Shown one piece after another: positions 45,146 through 58,516 of a stretch of 64,000 nt of DNA. Position numbers and translations under genes: made by a program. This DNA is from Muribaculaceae bacterium (GTDB taxonomy: Bacteria; Bacteroidota; Bacteroidia; Bacteroidales; Muribaculaceae). Under the pieces are notes generated by a model. That model worked only from the letters and a program-made list of their open reading frames with translations. It was not told where the DNA came from and ran no database searches. Where the stretch lies: NCBI GenBank assembly GCA_022509145.1, contig JAFLTX010000002.1, forward strand, positions 15,398-79,397, written 5' to 3'. The stretch's first letter is position 1, and every line of letters starts with the position of its first letter.

Positions 45146-45748
45146 TTAGAGGAGGCGCTTGACGGGGGCGTAGGAGAGACGGTGATGGGGAGTAACGCCC
45201 AAGGTTTCGAGGGCGGCAAGGTGTTCTTTGGTGGGATACCCCATATTTCTTTCCCAACCGTAGCCTGGAAACTCTTCGGCCAGACGGATCATCAGCTCGT
45301 CGCGAGCCGTTTTGGCCAAAATCGAGGCGGCGGCAATCGAGAGGTATTTCGCATCGCCTTTCACCACGGTGTGGTGCATCACGGGGCGCATCTCCTCATC
45401 GAGATACGTGCTGAAGCGGTTGCCGTCTACTATAATGTGCGCGGGCTTCAAATCCAGAGCATCCAAAGCGCGATGCATCCCGATGATGGATGCCTTGAGG
45501 ATGTTGATTTCGTCGATCTCACGCGGGCTCACCATCACCACGCTCCAGGCTCTCGCCTCGGCCTTGATCAGGGCTGCAAGCTCCTCGCGCTTCCCGGCAG
45601 CAAGCTGCTTGGAATCGTTGATCTCTTCACATTCAAATCCATCCGGGAGCACCACCGCCGCGCAGGCCACCGGTCCGCAGAGGCATCCCCTGCCGGCTTC
45701 GTCACACCCGGCTTCAATCACGCCGGCATACATATATGGGAGCAACAT
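45146..45748 (-). CDS. rnhB: Ribonuclease HII
   Basis: AGCDEAGRG, DSKQL, VDGN, KGDAKYLSIAAASILAK. Confidence 0.97.
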   Translation of the reverse strand: MLLPYMYAGVIEAGCDEAGRGCLCGPVACAAVVLPDGFECEEINDSKQLAAGKREELAALIKAEARAWSVVMVSPREIDEINILKASIIGMHRALDALDLKPAHIIVDGNRFSTYLDEEMRPVMHHTVVKGDAKYLSIAAASILAKTARDELMIRLAEEFPGYGWERNMGYPTKEHLAALETLGVTPHHRLSYAPVKRLL

Positions 45749-45768
45749 CAGTCTCTCTGCAAACCCGC

Positions 45769-46809
45769 TTACTTGCTCCTGCGGATTATAAACTCGAAAA
45801 TATCGGCAAAATCTCTCTTGGCAGGAGAATCGGGATAGACGTCAAGAATCTTTTTCCCCTCCTCGAAAAGGCGCTCCATCTCGGCCTCGGCCATGCTGAT
45901 GCCACCGTTTTGGATTGCGAAATCCTGAATCCGGCGAATCTCTTCCGGCGAGAGCATCTCGTCGCTCTCAAGCAACTTCCTTACGGCGTCGGCCTCCTCA
46001 CTCTTGCATTTCTCCAGGGCGCAGAGAATGGGGAGAGTCACCTTCCCTTCGAGCAGGTCATGGCCCGAGGGCTTCCCGATTTCGTCGCTCGGGAAATAGT
46101 CGAAGATATCGTCTCTGATCTGAAACGCGAGCCCCAACAGGCGCGCAAACCTTTCAAGCGGCTCAAACTCGGAATCGGCCGCACCCGCTGCCTGGGCACC
46201 GATTCTAACACACCCCACGAAGAGCGAGGCCGTCTTGAGCTCTATGATTCTGAAGTAAGCCTCCCTGTTGAGCACGTGGGCGCGAGCCGTGAAAAGCTGG
46301 TCCATCTCGCCCAACGAGAGCTGCGTGCCGAGCTCGGAGAGTGTGGCCAGAATCGGCAGGCTTCCCGTCTTGATTCCCGTGGAGAGGGCTTTGGATACGA
46401 AGATGTCGCCCGAAAGCACAGCCAGATGGTTCCCCCACACGGCGTTGACCGTAGGCTGGCCGCGGCGCAGAGGGGTCTGGTCTACCACATCGTCATGGAT
46501 AAGGGTGGCGTTATGGAGCATCTCCAATGCGGCGGCCGAATGGAGCACGGCGTCGTTGACCTCGCCAAACATCCTTGCCGCCAGAATCACCAGGATGGGG
46601 CGAATCTGCTTCCCTTTCACCGCTATATAATTGGCGATGATCTTATCCACCAGTTCATGCTCCGTGGCAAGGGCCGAGCCGATGATTTGGTTCATCGCCT
46701 CGATATCCCCGCTCATCGAACTCTGAATGCGGTCGAGAATTCCCGATTTCAACGTCTTGCTATAGTCACCCACCTTATCCGGCAATTGATATAAACGGAA
46801 AAACATCAC
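45769..46809 (-). CDS. ispB: Polyprenyl (octaprenyl) diphosphate synthase
   Basis: GKQIRP, LIHDDVVD..RRG, KTASLF, FQIRDDIFD. True start may lie slightly downstream. Confidence 0.92.
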   Translation of the reverse strand: MMFFRLYQLPDKVGDYSKTLKSGILDRIQSSMSGDIEAMNQIIGSALATEHELVDKIIANYIAVKGKQIRPILVILAARMFGEVNDAVLHSAAALEMLHNATLIHDDVVDQTPLRRGQPTVNAVWGNHLAVLSGDIFVSKALSTGIKTGSLPILATLSELGTQLSLGEMDQLFTARAHVLNREAYFRIIELKTASLFVGCVRIGAQAAGAADSEFEPLERFARLLGLAFQIRDDIFDYFPSDEIGKPSGHDLLEGKVTLPILCALEKCKSEEADAVRKLLESDEMLSPEEIRRIQDFAIQNGGISMAEAEMERLFEEGKKILDVYPDSPAKRDFADIFEFIIRRSK

Positions 46810-46931
46810 AAAATTAGTAAAAATTTTTTACTTGCCGCTCATATCCTTCCACAACTCCCCGAGAAACTTTACTGTGGCAATCCCGGCCGTGGACCTCTAT
46901 TGCCAAAATATAAGCTTTTTCTCATATTATA

Positions 46932-46959
46932 ATTGAGTGTCTGAAGTTTTTGGTGCGTA
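46932..46959 (+). promoter_or_regulatory. Putative ECF-sigma promoter ATTGAGTGTC-TGA-N9-TGCGTA
   Basis: Matches 11223-11250. Confidence 0.55.
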
Positions 46960-46991
46960 ATAATATTCAAAACCTAAAACTATACATAATT

Positions 46992-48557
46992 ATGAAGAAA
47001 ATTTTACTCATCTCTGCAGGGCTGGCACTCAGCATGAGCGCCATGGCCCAGACGGAATTTACCTGTGCGGCCGACACTTGGATCCGCCAAAGCAACACAA
47101 CCTTCACAGGTGGTGGTTCCGACAAGACAGAAGTCCGCATGGACGCTCTCAAGAACGATGCCGGCGAAGCCACTGGCGAATACGCATATTTCGTAGCCCT
47201 TTACGGCTTCAACTATCAGCTTCCCGCAGGCAAGAAAGTGCAGCAGGCCACTCTGCGCCTGGTGACTGAACGCTGGAAAGGTTCCGACGTTTCCGTATAC
47301 GGCTACACCAACAATTTCGATGAAGCCAGCGCTTGCTGGGACACTGAAGGGAGCTACGTGCAGAGCGCTCTTCTCAACGGCGAGGTGACTCACTTCTCGC
47401 CTGCCGGCCAACGCAACAAGGGTTTCACCACCAATGACGAAATCGGTGAAGATTATCGTGAAATTGGTGCTTGGACCAACGAAATCAACGTGACCAACTA
47501 CCTCAAGTCGATCCCCGCCACAGCCAACCGCGTAAACTTCCTGCTGGCCCCGACCGTGACCGACAATGTAAACCAAAACTGCTTCTACACCAAGGAATGT
47601 ACAGGAGCAATCAACGGCAACGATGCCTCTCTCAACTTCACTCAGGCTGAAGTGATGCCCGTGCTCTACGTTACATTTGCCGACGACACCGAATCTTCTC
47701 TCGACACGCTGGCTCCTCTCGCCGACACTTTCGTAAGAAGCAGCGCTGCCACGAACAACTATGCCACCAACGCCGAGATGGAAGTCTACACTTGGAACAA
47801 TGACGGCGAGATGATATACTTCGTAGGTCTGATGAATTTCGAGCTTCCCGCCGAGCTTCTTTCAGACAACTATGAGCTCACCGGCGCTTCTCTGAAACTG
47901 GTTACCACCCAGTGCAAGGGCGACCGCAACATGGGTATCTACAACTTCGGCTCATTCGCCGAGAATGCAAACTGGGAAGGCATCGGCACCCAGGTGCTCG
48001 CTGCTATCGGAACCACACCTGCCGCTACCTTCAGCGTTGTAGGTCAAGGTAACAAAGCCCTCAACGGCAAAGACGAAATCGGCGACGACTATGCCAACCT
48101 CGACGCGTGGACCAACAACATCGACCTCACCGAAATGGTGAAGGCAGCCATCGCCGAGAAGTCTTCGAGCCTCTCTTTCGCCATCGCCAAGACCGAAGTG
48201 CAGACCAACAACAACGCCGTGAAATTCGCCACCAAAGAAACTGAAGGTGTAACCGGCCTGAAAGCCGACGGCACTACCTTCACCTTCCCGGCAGCCGACA
48301 TCGCTCCACAGCTCGTTGTGGCTTACGCTAAAGTTGACAACGGCGGCGACGACAATGGTGACAATGGTGATGACAACGGTGACGACAATGGCGACAACGG
48401 TGACGACAACGGCGACGACGACGCTGTAGAAACTGTAGTTATCGACCTCTCAGCACCCGTTGAATACTTCAACCTCAATGGCGTGAAGGTTGTCAACCCC
48501 GACAAGGGCATCTACCTCGTACGCCAGGGCAACACTGTTAAAAAAGTAGTTCTTTAA
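46992..48557 (+). CDS. Paralogue of 11285..13162: secreted tandem DNRLRE/CBM96-like protein with a GDDN linker and T9SS-like tail
   Basis: Long identical stretches (EVRMDALK, RLVTERWKG, NQNCFYTK, NNYATNAEME, CKGDRNMGIY, NNNAVKFATKET). Confidence 0.7.
   Translation: MKKILLISAGLALSMSAMAQTEFTCAADTWIRQSNTTFTGGGSDKTEVRMDALKNDAGEATGEYAYFVALYGFNYQLPAGKKVQQATLRLVTERWKGSDVSVYGYTNNFDEASACWDTEGSYVQSALLNGEVTHFSPAGQRNKGFTTNDEIGEDYREIGAWTNEINVTNYLKSIPATANRVNFLLAPTVTDNVNQNCFYTKECTGAINGNDASLNFTQAEVMPVLYVTFADDTESSLDTLAPLADTFVRSSAATNNYATNAEMEVYTWNNDGEMIYFVGLMNFELPAELLSDNYELTGASLKLVTTQCKGDRNMGIYNFGSFAENANWEGIGTQVLAAIGTTPAATFSVVGQGNKALNGKDEIGDDYANLDAWTNNIDLTEMVKAAIAEKSSSLSFAIAKTEVQTNNNAVKFATKETEGVTGLKADGTTFTFPAADIAPQLVVAYAKVDNGGDDNGDNGDDNGDDNGDNGDDNGDDDAVETVVIDLSAPVEYFNLNGVKVVNPDKGIYLVRQGNTVKKVVL
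48336..48423 (+). repeat. Coding tandem repeat (GDDN/GDN)n
   Basis: ggtgacgacaat/ggcgacaac units encoding DNGGDDNGDNGDDNGDDNGDNGDDNGDDD. Confidence 0.85.
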
Positions 48558-49453
48558 TGAAAAAATTATCGATACTGGCCACCGCGCTTTTAGCCTTTAC
48601 TGGGGCGGTGGCCCAGACCGTCTCCAACGAAGAAGCCGCTGCCCTCAACGCTTTCATGAGCGAGCCGGCAGCAGCCGGAGGCACCAACGCCCAGGCCCTT
48701 GGCTATGACGGGAAAAACCTCTCCGCAGTGGAGGGTCTCACCATTGTCAACGGCCACGTTACCGAGATTAAGTGGAGCAAGAAAGGTCTCGGCGGAAGCC
48801 TCGAGCTCTCCGGATTCCCGATGCTCCAGAAACTCAACGTATCCGGCAACAAACTCGTTACGGTCGACGTTTCAAACGTAACCACGCTCAAGACCCTCAA
48901 CGTGTCGAGCAACGAGCTCGTGGCTCTGGGTGTGGACAGCTGTATGTCGCTCCATTCACTCTATGCCGGCGGCAACCAGCTCAAGGCAGTCTTCCTGCAA
49001 GGCCTCGCCAAGCTGGAAAACCTCAACCTGCAAAACAACAAGGTGGAGAAGCTATACCTTCAAGACCTCCCGGCGCTCGTCTCCGTGGTTTGCAACGAGA
49101 ATGAGATGGTCGACTTCGGGGCTGTGAACTGCAAGGCCCTCCAAGACGTGAACGCCTCATACAACAACCTTACCAATGCGGCATTCACCAATTGTCCGGC
49201 TTTGGAAATCGTCTACCTGCAATTCAACAAATTCACGGAGTTTGTGCTCAAGAACCAATACCAGTTGCAGCGCATCGACCTGAGCAACAACGAATTGAAA
49301 TACGTTGACCTCAGCAACGACGAAGACCTCCAGTATATCAACGTGAGCAACAACAACGACCTCTCGAGCCTCATCGTGGCCGGTTGCAACAGGATACGCC
49401 AGATCGTGGCCCAGTTTACCGACCTCAACGTAGCCGGCTCGCAGGTGTATTGA
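48557..49453 (+). CDS. Secreted leucine-rich repeat protein (internalin-like)
   Basis: Signal peptide; LxxLNVSxNxL repeats; TAATG stop/start overlap with the upstream gene. Confidence 0.85.
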   Translation: MKKLSILATALLAFTGAVAQTVSNEEAAALNAFMSEPAAAGGTNAQALGYDGKNLSAVEGLTIVNGHVTEIKWSKKGLGGSLELSGFPMLQKLNVSGNKLVTVDVSNVTTLKTLNVSSNELVALGVDSCMSLHSLYAGGNQLKAVFLQGLAKLENLNLQNNKVEKLYLQDLPALVSVVCNENEMVDFGAVNCKALQDVNASYNNLTNAAFTNCPALEIVYLQFNKFTEFVLKNQYQLQRIDLSNNELKYVDLSNDEDLQYINVSNNNDLSSLIVAGCNRIRQIVAQFTDLNVAGSQVY

Positions 49454-49543
49454 TCCCTTTACACGAAGACCCTCTCAAGCTTTTTTATAAAACAGGCTCA
49501 ATCCCGTTTCGGGATAAAGAAAGGTAAACTCAAAAATTTTTAC

Positions 49544-52747
<3,204 letters not shown>

Positions 52748-52752
52748 AAGAT

Positions 52753-52800
52753 TATCCGGCTGATCTCCTCGCAACCATGAGATCAGCCGGATTAATTTTT
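52753..52800. terminator. Bidirectional terminator between GH2 and polA
   Basis: ATCCGGCTGATCTC-N11-GAGATCAGCCGGAT followed by a T-tract. Confidence 0.85.
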
Positions 52801-52808
52801 GCCAGAGC

Positions 52809-52871
52809 AGCGCTTTTAGCTAGATTAGCTATTTTAGCTAGAATAGCTATAGTAGCTATTTTAGCTATGAT
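52809..52871. repeat. Tandem 9-bp array, AGCTAnnnT x7 (first unit degenerate)
   Basis: agcgctttt agctagatt agctatttt agctagaat agctatagt agctatttt agctatgat. Confidence 0.88.
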
Positions 52872-52891
52872 TCTTCGCGGGCTCGCGGGGG

Positions 52892-55678
52892 TCAATGGGC
52901 GTCGAGCCAGTTGGAGGCGGCGCCGGAGGAGGCCGTGAGCCTCACGCGGCCGTTGTAGGCTCCTTCCATCTCCTGCATCACCATCTCTTGGAGGGCCGGA
53001 AGCTCGGCCGGCACCACGTCGAAGTTCAATTCGTCGTGCACCTGCATTATCATCTTGGATTGCATCCCCTCCTGGCGCAATCTGTTCCAGATTCTCACCA
53101 TTGCCACCTTTATCACGTCGGCAGCCGCACCCTGCACCGGCGCATTGATGGCATTACGCTCGGCATACCCGCGTACCACCGGGTTTTTGGAATTGATGTC
53201 GGGCAAATAGCGGCGCCTCCCCATCCGAGTGGCCACATAACCATTCTCGCGGGCGAACTCCACACTGTCGCTCATATATTGGCGAATCTTCGGGAAGCTC
53301 TCGAAATAGCCGTCAATCAGCTCTTTGGCCTCCCCGCGGGGGATGCCGAGGCGCGAAGCGAGCCCGAATGCCGTGATGCCGTAGAGGATCCCGAAGTTGG
53401 CTGTCTTCGCCTTCCGGCGCTCGTCGGCAGTGACTTCTTCCGGGTTTTTGTGGGCTATCTTGGCAGCGGTGATGGCATGGATGTCGCGGTCGGAAGCAAA
53501 GGCGTCTATCATAGCTTCTTCTGAGGCGAAATCGGCCACGAGGCGCAGCTCAATCTGCGAATAGTCGGCCGAGAGGAAGAGGTTGCCGTCGGATGGGATG
53601 AAGGCGCGACGAATCTCACGCCCTTCGTTCTCGCGCACCGGAATGTTCTGCAAATTCGGCGCAGACGACGAGATTCGGCCGGTGGCCGTCACGGTCTGGT
53701 TGTAGTTGGTATGGATTTTCCCCGTGGCGGGATTGATGCACGCCGGCAAAGCCTGCAGATAGGTAGTGATCAGTTTCTTAAGCTGACGGTATTCAAGAAT
53801 TTTACCCACGATCGGGTTCTTATGGCCTATCTTCTCCAGCACATCCTCGCTGGTGGAATATTGTCCGGTCTTCGTCTTCTTAGCCTTCGGGTCGAGCTGC
53901 AGCTTGTCGAAAAGGATTTCCCCCACCTTGGATGGCGAACCGATGTTAAACTCCTCGCCTGCCAGCTCATATATATCCTTTTCGAGGTAGGCCAGCTTTG
54001 CGTTCATCTCCATTTCAGCCTGATGCAGGGCTTCCACGTCGATTCTGACGCCGGTAACTTCCATATCGGCGAGCACCTTGACCAGCGGCAGCTCCACATC
54101 GCGGTAGATGCCGAGCGTCTGCTCCTTCTCAAGGTCTTTGAGGAGCACGGGGAGGAGGCGCAGGGCCACCATGGCTCTTTCGCAGGCGCGGTCGGCGGTC
54201 TCCTTAGGGGGCAGTCCTGCCGGGAGGATGTCTTTGCTCTTCTTCCCCTTGACGGCCGGCTCCGGGAGCATCTCATAGTCGAGATAGCGGAGGGCCACCG
54301 TGTCGAGATTATGGCCCATATCGGGCTGCAGAAGGTAGTGGCAGAGAGTTACGTCATCAAAGTTTACCACAGCCTCGTCGAAGGCCGTAGCCTGCCGGCC
54401 GTTCTGCCTGTTACGGGCCTGAATAGCCACCACATAGTCGCGCTTCGACTGCTCCGTCACCTTCCGGATGTCGCGTCGGGCCAGAAGGTCGAGCACCACG
54501 GCCTCTCCTTCCGGAAGCGCCGCCGGGATGAACCATCCGTTCCATTTCCCGTCGTCGCCGGCGGCCACGACAGCCGTGCCGTCCCATTGGGCGGTCACGT
54601 CGTTTTCACCCCTTGAATTGAGGTAGACGCCCACTTCGTCTTTCCCCACGAGCAGGGAAGCGAGGCGGTCGAGCTTGGCGCGGTCGTCAACGATTTCCAC
54701 GCTGCACACACCGCTGGAGAAGGAGGTGGTGTCGCGCTTGGGCGCCGGCTCGGGAGTCTCCTCGAAATCGAAAAGCGAGGTGGGGAACTCGCTGCGGGCA
54801 TCCAGACGGCGGCGTACCCTGTCGGTGAGGGTCTTGAATTCCAGCTCGCGGAAGATTGCGAAGAGCTTTTCGCGGTCGGGGTCTTTCACGGCCATCTCCT
54901 CGAGCTTTATATCTACCGGGACATCCGTGCGGATGGTCGCCAGGAATTTGGAGAAGAGTATCTGTTCGCGGTTTTCCACAATCTTCTTCTGCAGCGCGCC
55001 CTTGAGCGAATCGGTGCTCTCCAGCAGATGCTCCACGCTGCCATACTCCTTGATGAGCTTTACGGCCGTCACCTCTCCCACGCCCGGGCAACCGGGGATA
55101 TTGTCGATTTTATCGCCCATAAGCGCGAGAAGGTCGATTACCTGGGATGTGGATTTCAATCCGTAACGGGAGCAAACCTCCTCCTCGCCGCGCAGCTCGA
55201 AGTCCTGACCGCGATAAGAGGGCTTGTATTGCAGAATGTTTGGGCTCACGAGCTGGCCGAAGTCCTTGTCGGGGGTCATCATATAGACGGTGTACCCGTC
55301 GGCGGCGGCCCGCTTGGAGAGGGTGCCGATCACGTCGTCGGCCTCAAAGCCTTCCACCTCCACAACCGGAATCCGGTAAGCCTTCACAATCTCCTTGATG
55401 ATAGGCACGGAGAGCTTGATGTCTTCTGGCGTCGACTCGCGCTCTCCCTTATATTCTGCGAAGGCCTCGCTTCGGAATGTGGGGCCGGCGGGGTCGAAAC
55501 ATACGGCCAGATGCGAGGGGCGCTCCTTACGCAACACCTCCTCAAGGGTATTCACAAAGCCGAAAACAGCCGATGTGTTGAAGCCTGACTGAGTAAGGCG
55601 CGGCATCTTGATGAGAGCGTAATAAGCTCTGAAAATCAACGCATAAGCATCAAGCAAAAAAAGTCTTTTCTCCTCCAT
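52892..55678 (-). CDS. polA: DNA polymerase I
   Basis: 5'-exonuclease LLDAYALIFRAYYA/EADDVIGTL; TATGRISS, ADYSQIELR, AKTANFGILYG, QVHDEL. Confidence 0.98.
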   Translation of the reverse strand: MEEKRLFLLDAYALIFRAYYALIKMPRLTQSGFNTSAVFGFVNTLEEVLRKERPSHLAVCFDPAGPTFRSEAFAEYKGERESTPEDIKLSVPIIKEIVKAYRIPVVEVEGFEADDVIGTLSKRAAADGYTVYMMTPDKDFGQLVSPNILQYKPSYRGQDFELRGEEEVCSRYGLKSTSQVIDLLALMGDKIDNIPGCPGVGEVTAVKLIKEYGSVEHLLESTDSLKGALQKKIVENREQILFSKFLATIRTDVPVDIKLEEMAVKDPDREKLFAIFRELEFKTLTDRVRRRLDARSEFPTSLFDFEETPEPAPKRDTTSFSSGVCSVEIVDDRAKLDRLASLLVGKDEVGVYLNSRGENDVTAQWDGTAVVAAGDDGKWNGWFIPAALPEGEAVVLDLLARRDIRKVTEQSKRDYVVAIQARNRQNGRQATAFDEAVVNFDDVTLCHYLLQPDMGHNLDTVALRYLDYEMLPEPAVKGKKSKDILPAGLPPKETADRACERAMVALRLLPVLLKDLEKEQTLGIYRDVELPLVKVLADMEVTGVRIDVEALHQAEMEMNAKLAYLEKDIYELAGEEFNIGSPSKVGEILFDKLQLDPKAKKTKTGQYSTSEDVLEKIGHKNPIVGKILEYRQLKKLITTYLQALPACINPATGKIHTNYNQTVTATGRISSSAPNLQNIPVRENEGREIRRAFIPSDGNLFLSADYSQIELRLVADFASEEAMIDAFASDRDIHAITAAKIAHKNPEEVTADERRKAKTANFGILYGITAFGLASRLGIPRGEAKELIDGYFESFPKIRQYMSDSVEFARENGYVATRMGRRRYLPDINSKNPVVRGYAERNAINAPVQGAAADVIKVAMVRIWNRLRQEGMQSKMIMQVHDELNFDVVPAELPALQEMVMQEMEGAYNGRVRLTASSGAASNWLDAH

Positions 55679-55697
55679 ATCCCAATTTTTTTCAATT

Positions 55698-56789
55698 CTA
55701 ATCTATATTTTCTCCGCGATACCACCTCTCGATTCGCCGAATGAAGAGAGGCCATGCGAAGAGGGTGTTGTATCTCTCTGCGGCATTTCTACCGAGTTCG
55801 GCTCTCAGCGCTTCGTCGGTGGCGAGGCGGCGGATGGCGTGGGCCAATCCGTCGGCGTCTCCCGGTTCGATCTTGAGCGAGTCCACCTCCGGCTCGAGCA
55901 CCTCCGGCACGGCACCGGCAAACGTCGCGATCTGCGGCCTGCCGGAAGCCATGAATTCGATGTTGGCCATCCCGAAGGCCTCTGGTTGCTCGGAGGGGAG
56001 CACGCCGAAGGCCACCCGTCGGCAGGCGTCTTCGGCAAATTCCGTGTTGCGTATCCAGTCGATGCGGTCGGTGATTCCGGAGGCATGGGCCCGGCGGCGC
56101 AGGGAGTCCACGTAATCCGGCTTACCCTTCCCTATGATCTGGAGCCGCAGGCGAAGGTCTTTGAGACGACCGAACGCTTCGATGAGGGTCTCTATTCCTT
56201 TCCCGGGCTTCAGTTTTCCGCGGTAGGCGGCCGAGAGAGGTCCTCTCGGGGGTTCCTGCTGCTCCGGAGTGGCCCCGAGCAGCGAGTTGTAGCTTACACC
56301 CGTCTTCTCTTCGGGGAGAGGTCCCGCGCTGGGACGCCACCGCGAGAGAAACGTTTTCTTCGAATATTCCGAAACGAACAGCAATCTGTCGATGCCGCGA
56401 TAGACTATTCTCCGCAGCAATGTGTTGCGGGCGCGCGTGGCCTCGTGGAGCGTGAGTATGAGCCTTATATCTTTGCGTCGCGCCATCTTGCGTGCCAGGA
56501 TGCAGGTAAGAGCGTCGTTCAGCCTGTGCACGTGCACCACCCCCTCGCCTTTCGGCATCCCGCGGAAGAGAGCGGCGAGTTTTCGGGCGGAATAGTAATC
56601 GGGGTAAGACCTCAGCGGCGCGTGGCACACCTGGATTCCGGCCCCGCGGAAATGACGGTCGACGGCCAATGCCTCGCGGGTGAGCGCCTTTACCTGCCAC
56701 CCCTCGGCGGCGAAATGGCGGCAGATGTCGAACGCATAGCGTTCGGGCCCTCCCCACTCCCCGGAGGGGATCACGTGGATAAGGGTCAT
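55698..56789 (-). CDS. Glycosyltransferase family 4
   Basis: WGGPERY, KGIETLIEAF, PSEQPEAFGMANIEFMASG. Confidence 0.9.
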   Translation of the reverse strand: MTLIHVIPSGEWGGPERYAFDICRHFAAEGWQVKALTREALAVDRHFRGAGIQVCHAPLRSYPDYYSARKLAALFRGMPKGEGVVHVHRLNDALTCILARKMARRKDIRLILTLHEATRARNTLLRRIVYRGIDRLLFVSEYSKKTFLSRWRPSAGPLPEEKTGVSYNSLLGATPEQQEPPRGPLSAAYRGKLKPGKGIETLIEAFGRLKDLRLRLQIIGKGKPDYVDSLRRRAHASGITDRIDWIRNTEFAEDACRRVAFGVLPSEQPEAFGMANIEFMASGRPQIATFAGAVPEVLEPEVDSLKIEPGDADGLAHAIRRLATDEALRAELGRNAAERYNTLFAWPLFIRRIERWYRGENID

Positions 56790-56793
56790 TCCG

Positions 56794-57897
56794 TCAGTTG
56801 GTGTGGGCGATCATCACGGAGAGGTCGACGAACGGGAGCCCGAGATAAGAGGCGGCCAGCTTGTCTACCAGACGTCCGCGATAAGTGATGATGCCGTTCT
56901 GCACCCCTTCTGTGGTGGCTATCAGACGGTCCATACCCTCCATGAGTGCGATGTCGTTGAGGAGGTTGACCATCACGTTGGAGAGCGCCATCGCCACGGT
57001 GCGCGGCACGCTCACCGACGGATGCACTTCCCTGAGGTCGAGCATGAAGGCGTTCTCTTTGATGGCTACGGCCAGATTGCGCGGCATCTCGAACGGGCGG
57101 GTGGTGTTGCCGGTGATGATCACGTCGGCCACCTTTATCTTGTTGAAGAGCACCTTCGGATGGATGGCGAGCGTCAGGAGGCGGTTGCCGCAGACGGCGC
57201 GCGCCAGCTGGAGGGCCGAGATGTCGTTGTTGAGAAGCGTCACGATAGCGCCCTGGTCGATGGCAGCGCGGGCTGCGGCGTAGATGTCGCGTCCGTCGCC
57301 TATCAGCACCACCTCGCAGGGGTTCACGCCGGCCACTCCGCCGAGCAATACGCCCTTGCCGCCGCCCAGATACGAGAGGTTCTCCTGGGCATACATGATG
57401 GCGCCGCGGCCGTCGATCTCGTCAACGATGTTGGAGAACACCGGCTCTTCGTTGAAGCTTACCATATTGTTGAGGCAGCAGAGTGTCACCTTCCTGTCGA
57501 GCAGGGCCTGGATCACTCCCTTGTTGAAGAGAGTGTCGTCCATCATGCAGAGCAGTGCGGCTCCCTCGTTCATCCCGGCAACATCGTCGGGGTTGAGCGG
57601 GGCATACGAGAGTACGATGTTTTGGGCCAGCACAGTCTTGCGGTCGGTGATTTTCACGCCATACTCGGCATATTTCTCGTCGGAGAAGTCAATGTCGACG
57701 CCGGCGCCCGACTCCATGCATACGCTCATCCCCGCCGATGTGAGCAGCCCGCAGGCCTCCGGGGTGAGCAACAGGCGGGTTTCCTCGCTGTCGGGATAAT
57801 TGGCGGCTATGCCTATATGGAGACGGCTCAGCGCCGTGATCTCTTCTTGCAGCTGCTCCTGGGGCTCAAACTGCATGGTAGCTTTCTCTTCTGCCAT
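56794..57897 (-). CDS. Alanine dehydrogenase-like protein with degenerate catalytic and NAD-binding motifs
   Basis: ETRLLLTPE, ESGAG...FSDEKY, GGKGVLLGGVAGVNP, ADVII. Start set at MAEEK. Confidence 0.75.
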   Translation of the reverse strand: MAEEKATMQFEPQEQLQEEITALSRLHIGIAANYPDSEETRLLLTPEACGLLTSAGMSVCMESGAGVDIDFSDEKYAEYGVKITDRKTVLAQNIVLSYAPLNPDDVAGMNEGAALLCMMDDTLFNKGVIQALLDRKVTLCCLNNMVSFNEEPVFSNIVDEIDGRGAIMYAQENLSYLGGGKGVLLGGVAGVNPCEVVLIGDGRDIYAAARAAIDQGAIVTLLNNDISALQLARAVCGNRLLTLAIHPKVLFNKIKVADVIITGNTTRPFEMPRNLAVAIKENAFMLDLREVHPSVSVPRTVAMALSNVMVNLLNDIALMEGMDRLIATTEGVQNGIITYRGRLVDKLAASYLGLPFVDLSVMIAHTN

Positions 57898-57985
57898 AGG
57901 TCTCTTTTTTTTCGTTTCTTCGGCAAATCTAACAAAAAAAATAATAAGTTGAAACCCATTGAGCAAAAAATGTTAAATTTGCGGT

Positions 57986-58516
57986 ATGAAAGAAGAGAGG
58001 CTTTACATCGTGGGCTACATGGCGAGCGGGAAGACAACCTTCGGCCGCGCGTTGGCCCGCAGGCTGGGCTGGGACTTCATCGACCTCGACGAGCAGATAG
58101 AGCTCGAGCAGGGCCGGAGCATCCCCGAGCTGATGCGGAGCGTGGGCGAGCCTGCCTTCCGCGCCATGGAGAGCGCGGCCCTCAAGAAGACGTCGGCGCG
58201 GCGCAAGGTAATCGTGGCCTGCGGCGGCGGCACTCCCTGCTTCGGCGGCAACATGGAGTTCATGACCCTCCACGGCCATACGCTCTGGCTCGTGGCCTCG
58301 CCCGAAAAGATGGCCGAGCGCATAGAGCTTCAGGCCGGCTCGCGCCCTCTGGCGGCAGGGAAATCCGGGCCCGAACTCCTGGCCTTCGTGAAGTCTCACC
58401 TCCTCGCCCGGCAGCAGTATTACTGCCAGGCCGAATGGCGCCTCAACTCCGACAGCCTCGAGACGGCCGAAGAGATCGAGCGCACCATAGATAATTTTCT
58501 CGACAACCGAAAATGA
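57986..58516 (+). CDS. aroK: Shikimate kinase
   Basis: GYMASGKTTFG, FIDLD, ACGGGTP, RPL. Confidence 0.95.
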   Translation: MKEERLYIVGYMASGKTTFGRALARRLGWDFIDLDEQIELEQGRSIPELMRSVGEPAFRAMESAALKKTSARRKVIVACGGGTPCFGGNMEFMTLHGHTLWLVASPEKMAERIELQAGSRPLAAGKSGPELLAFVKSHLLARQQYYCQAEWRLNSDSLETAEEIERTIDNFLDNRK

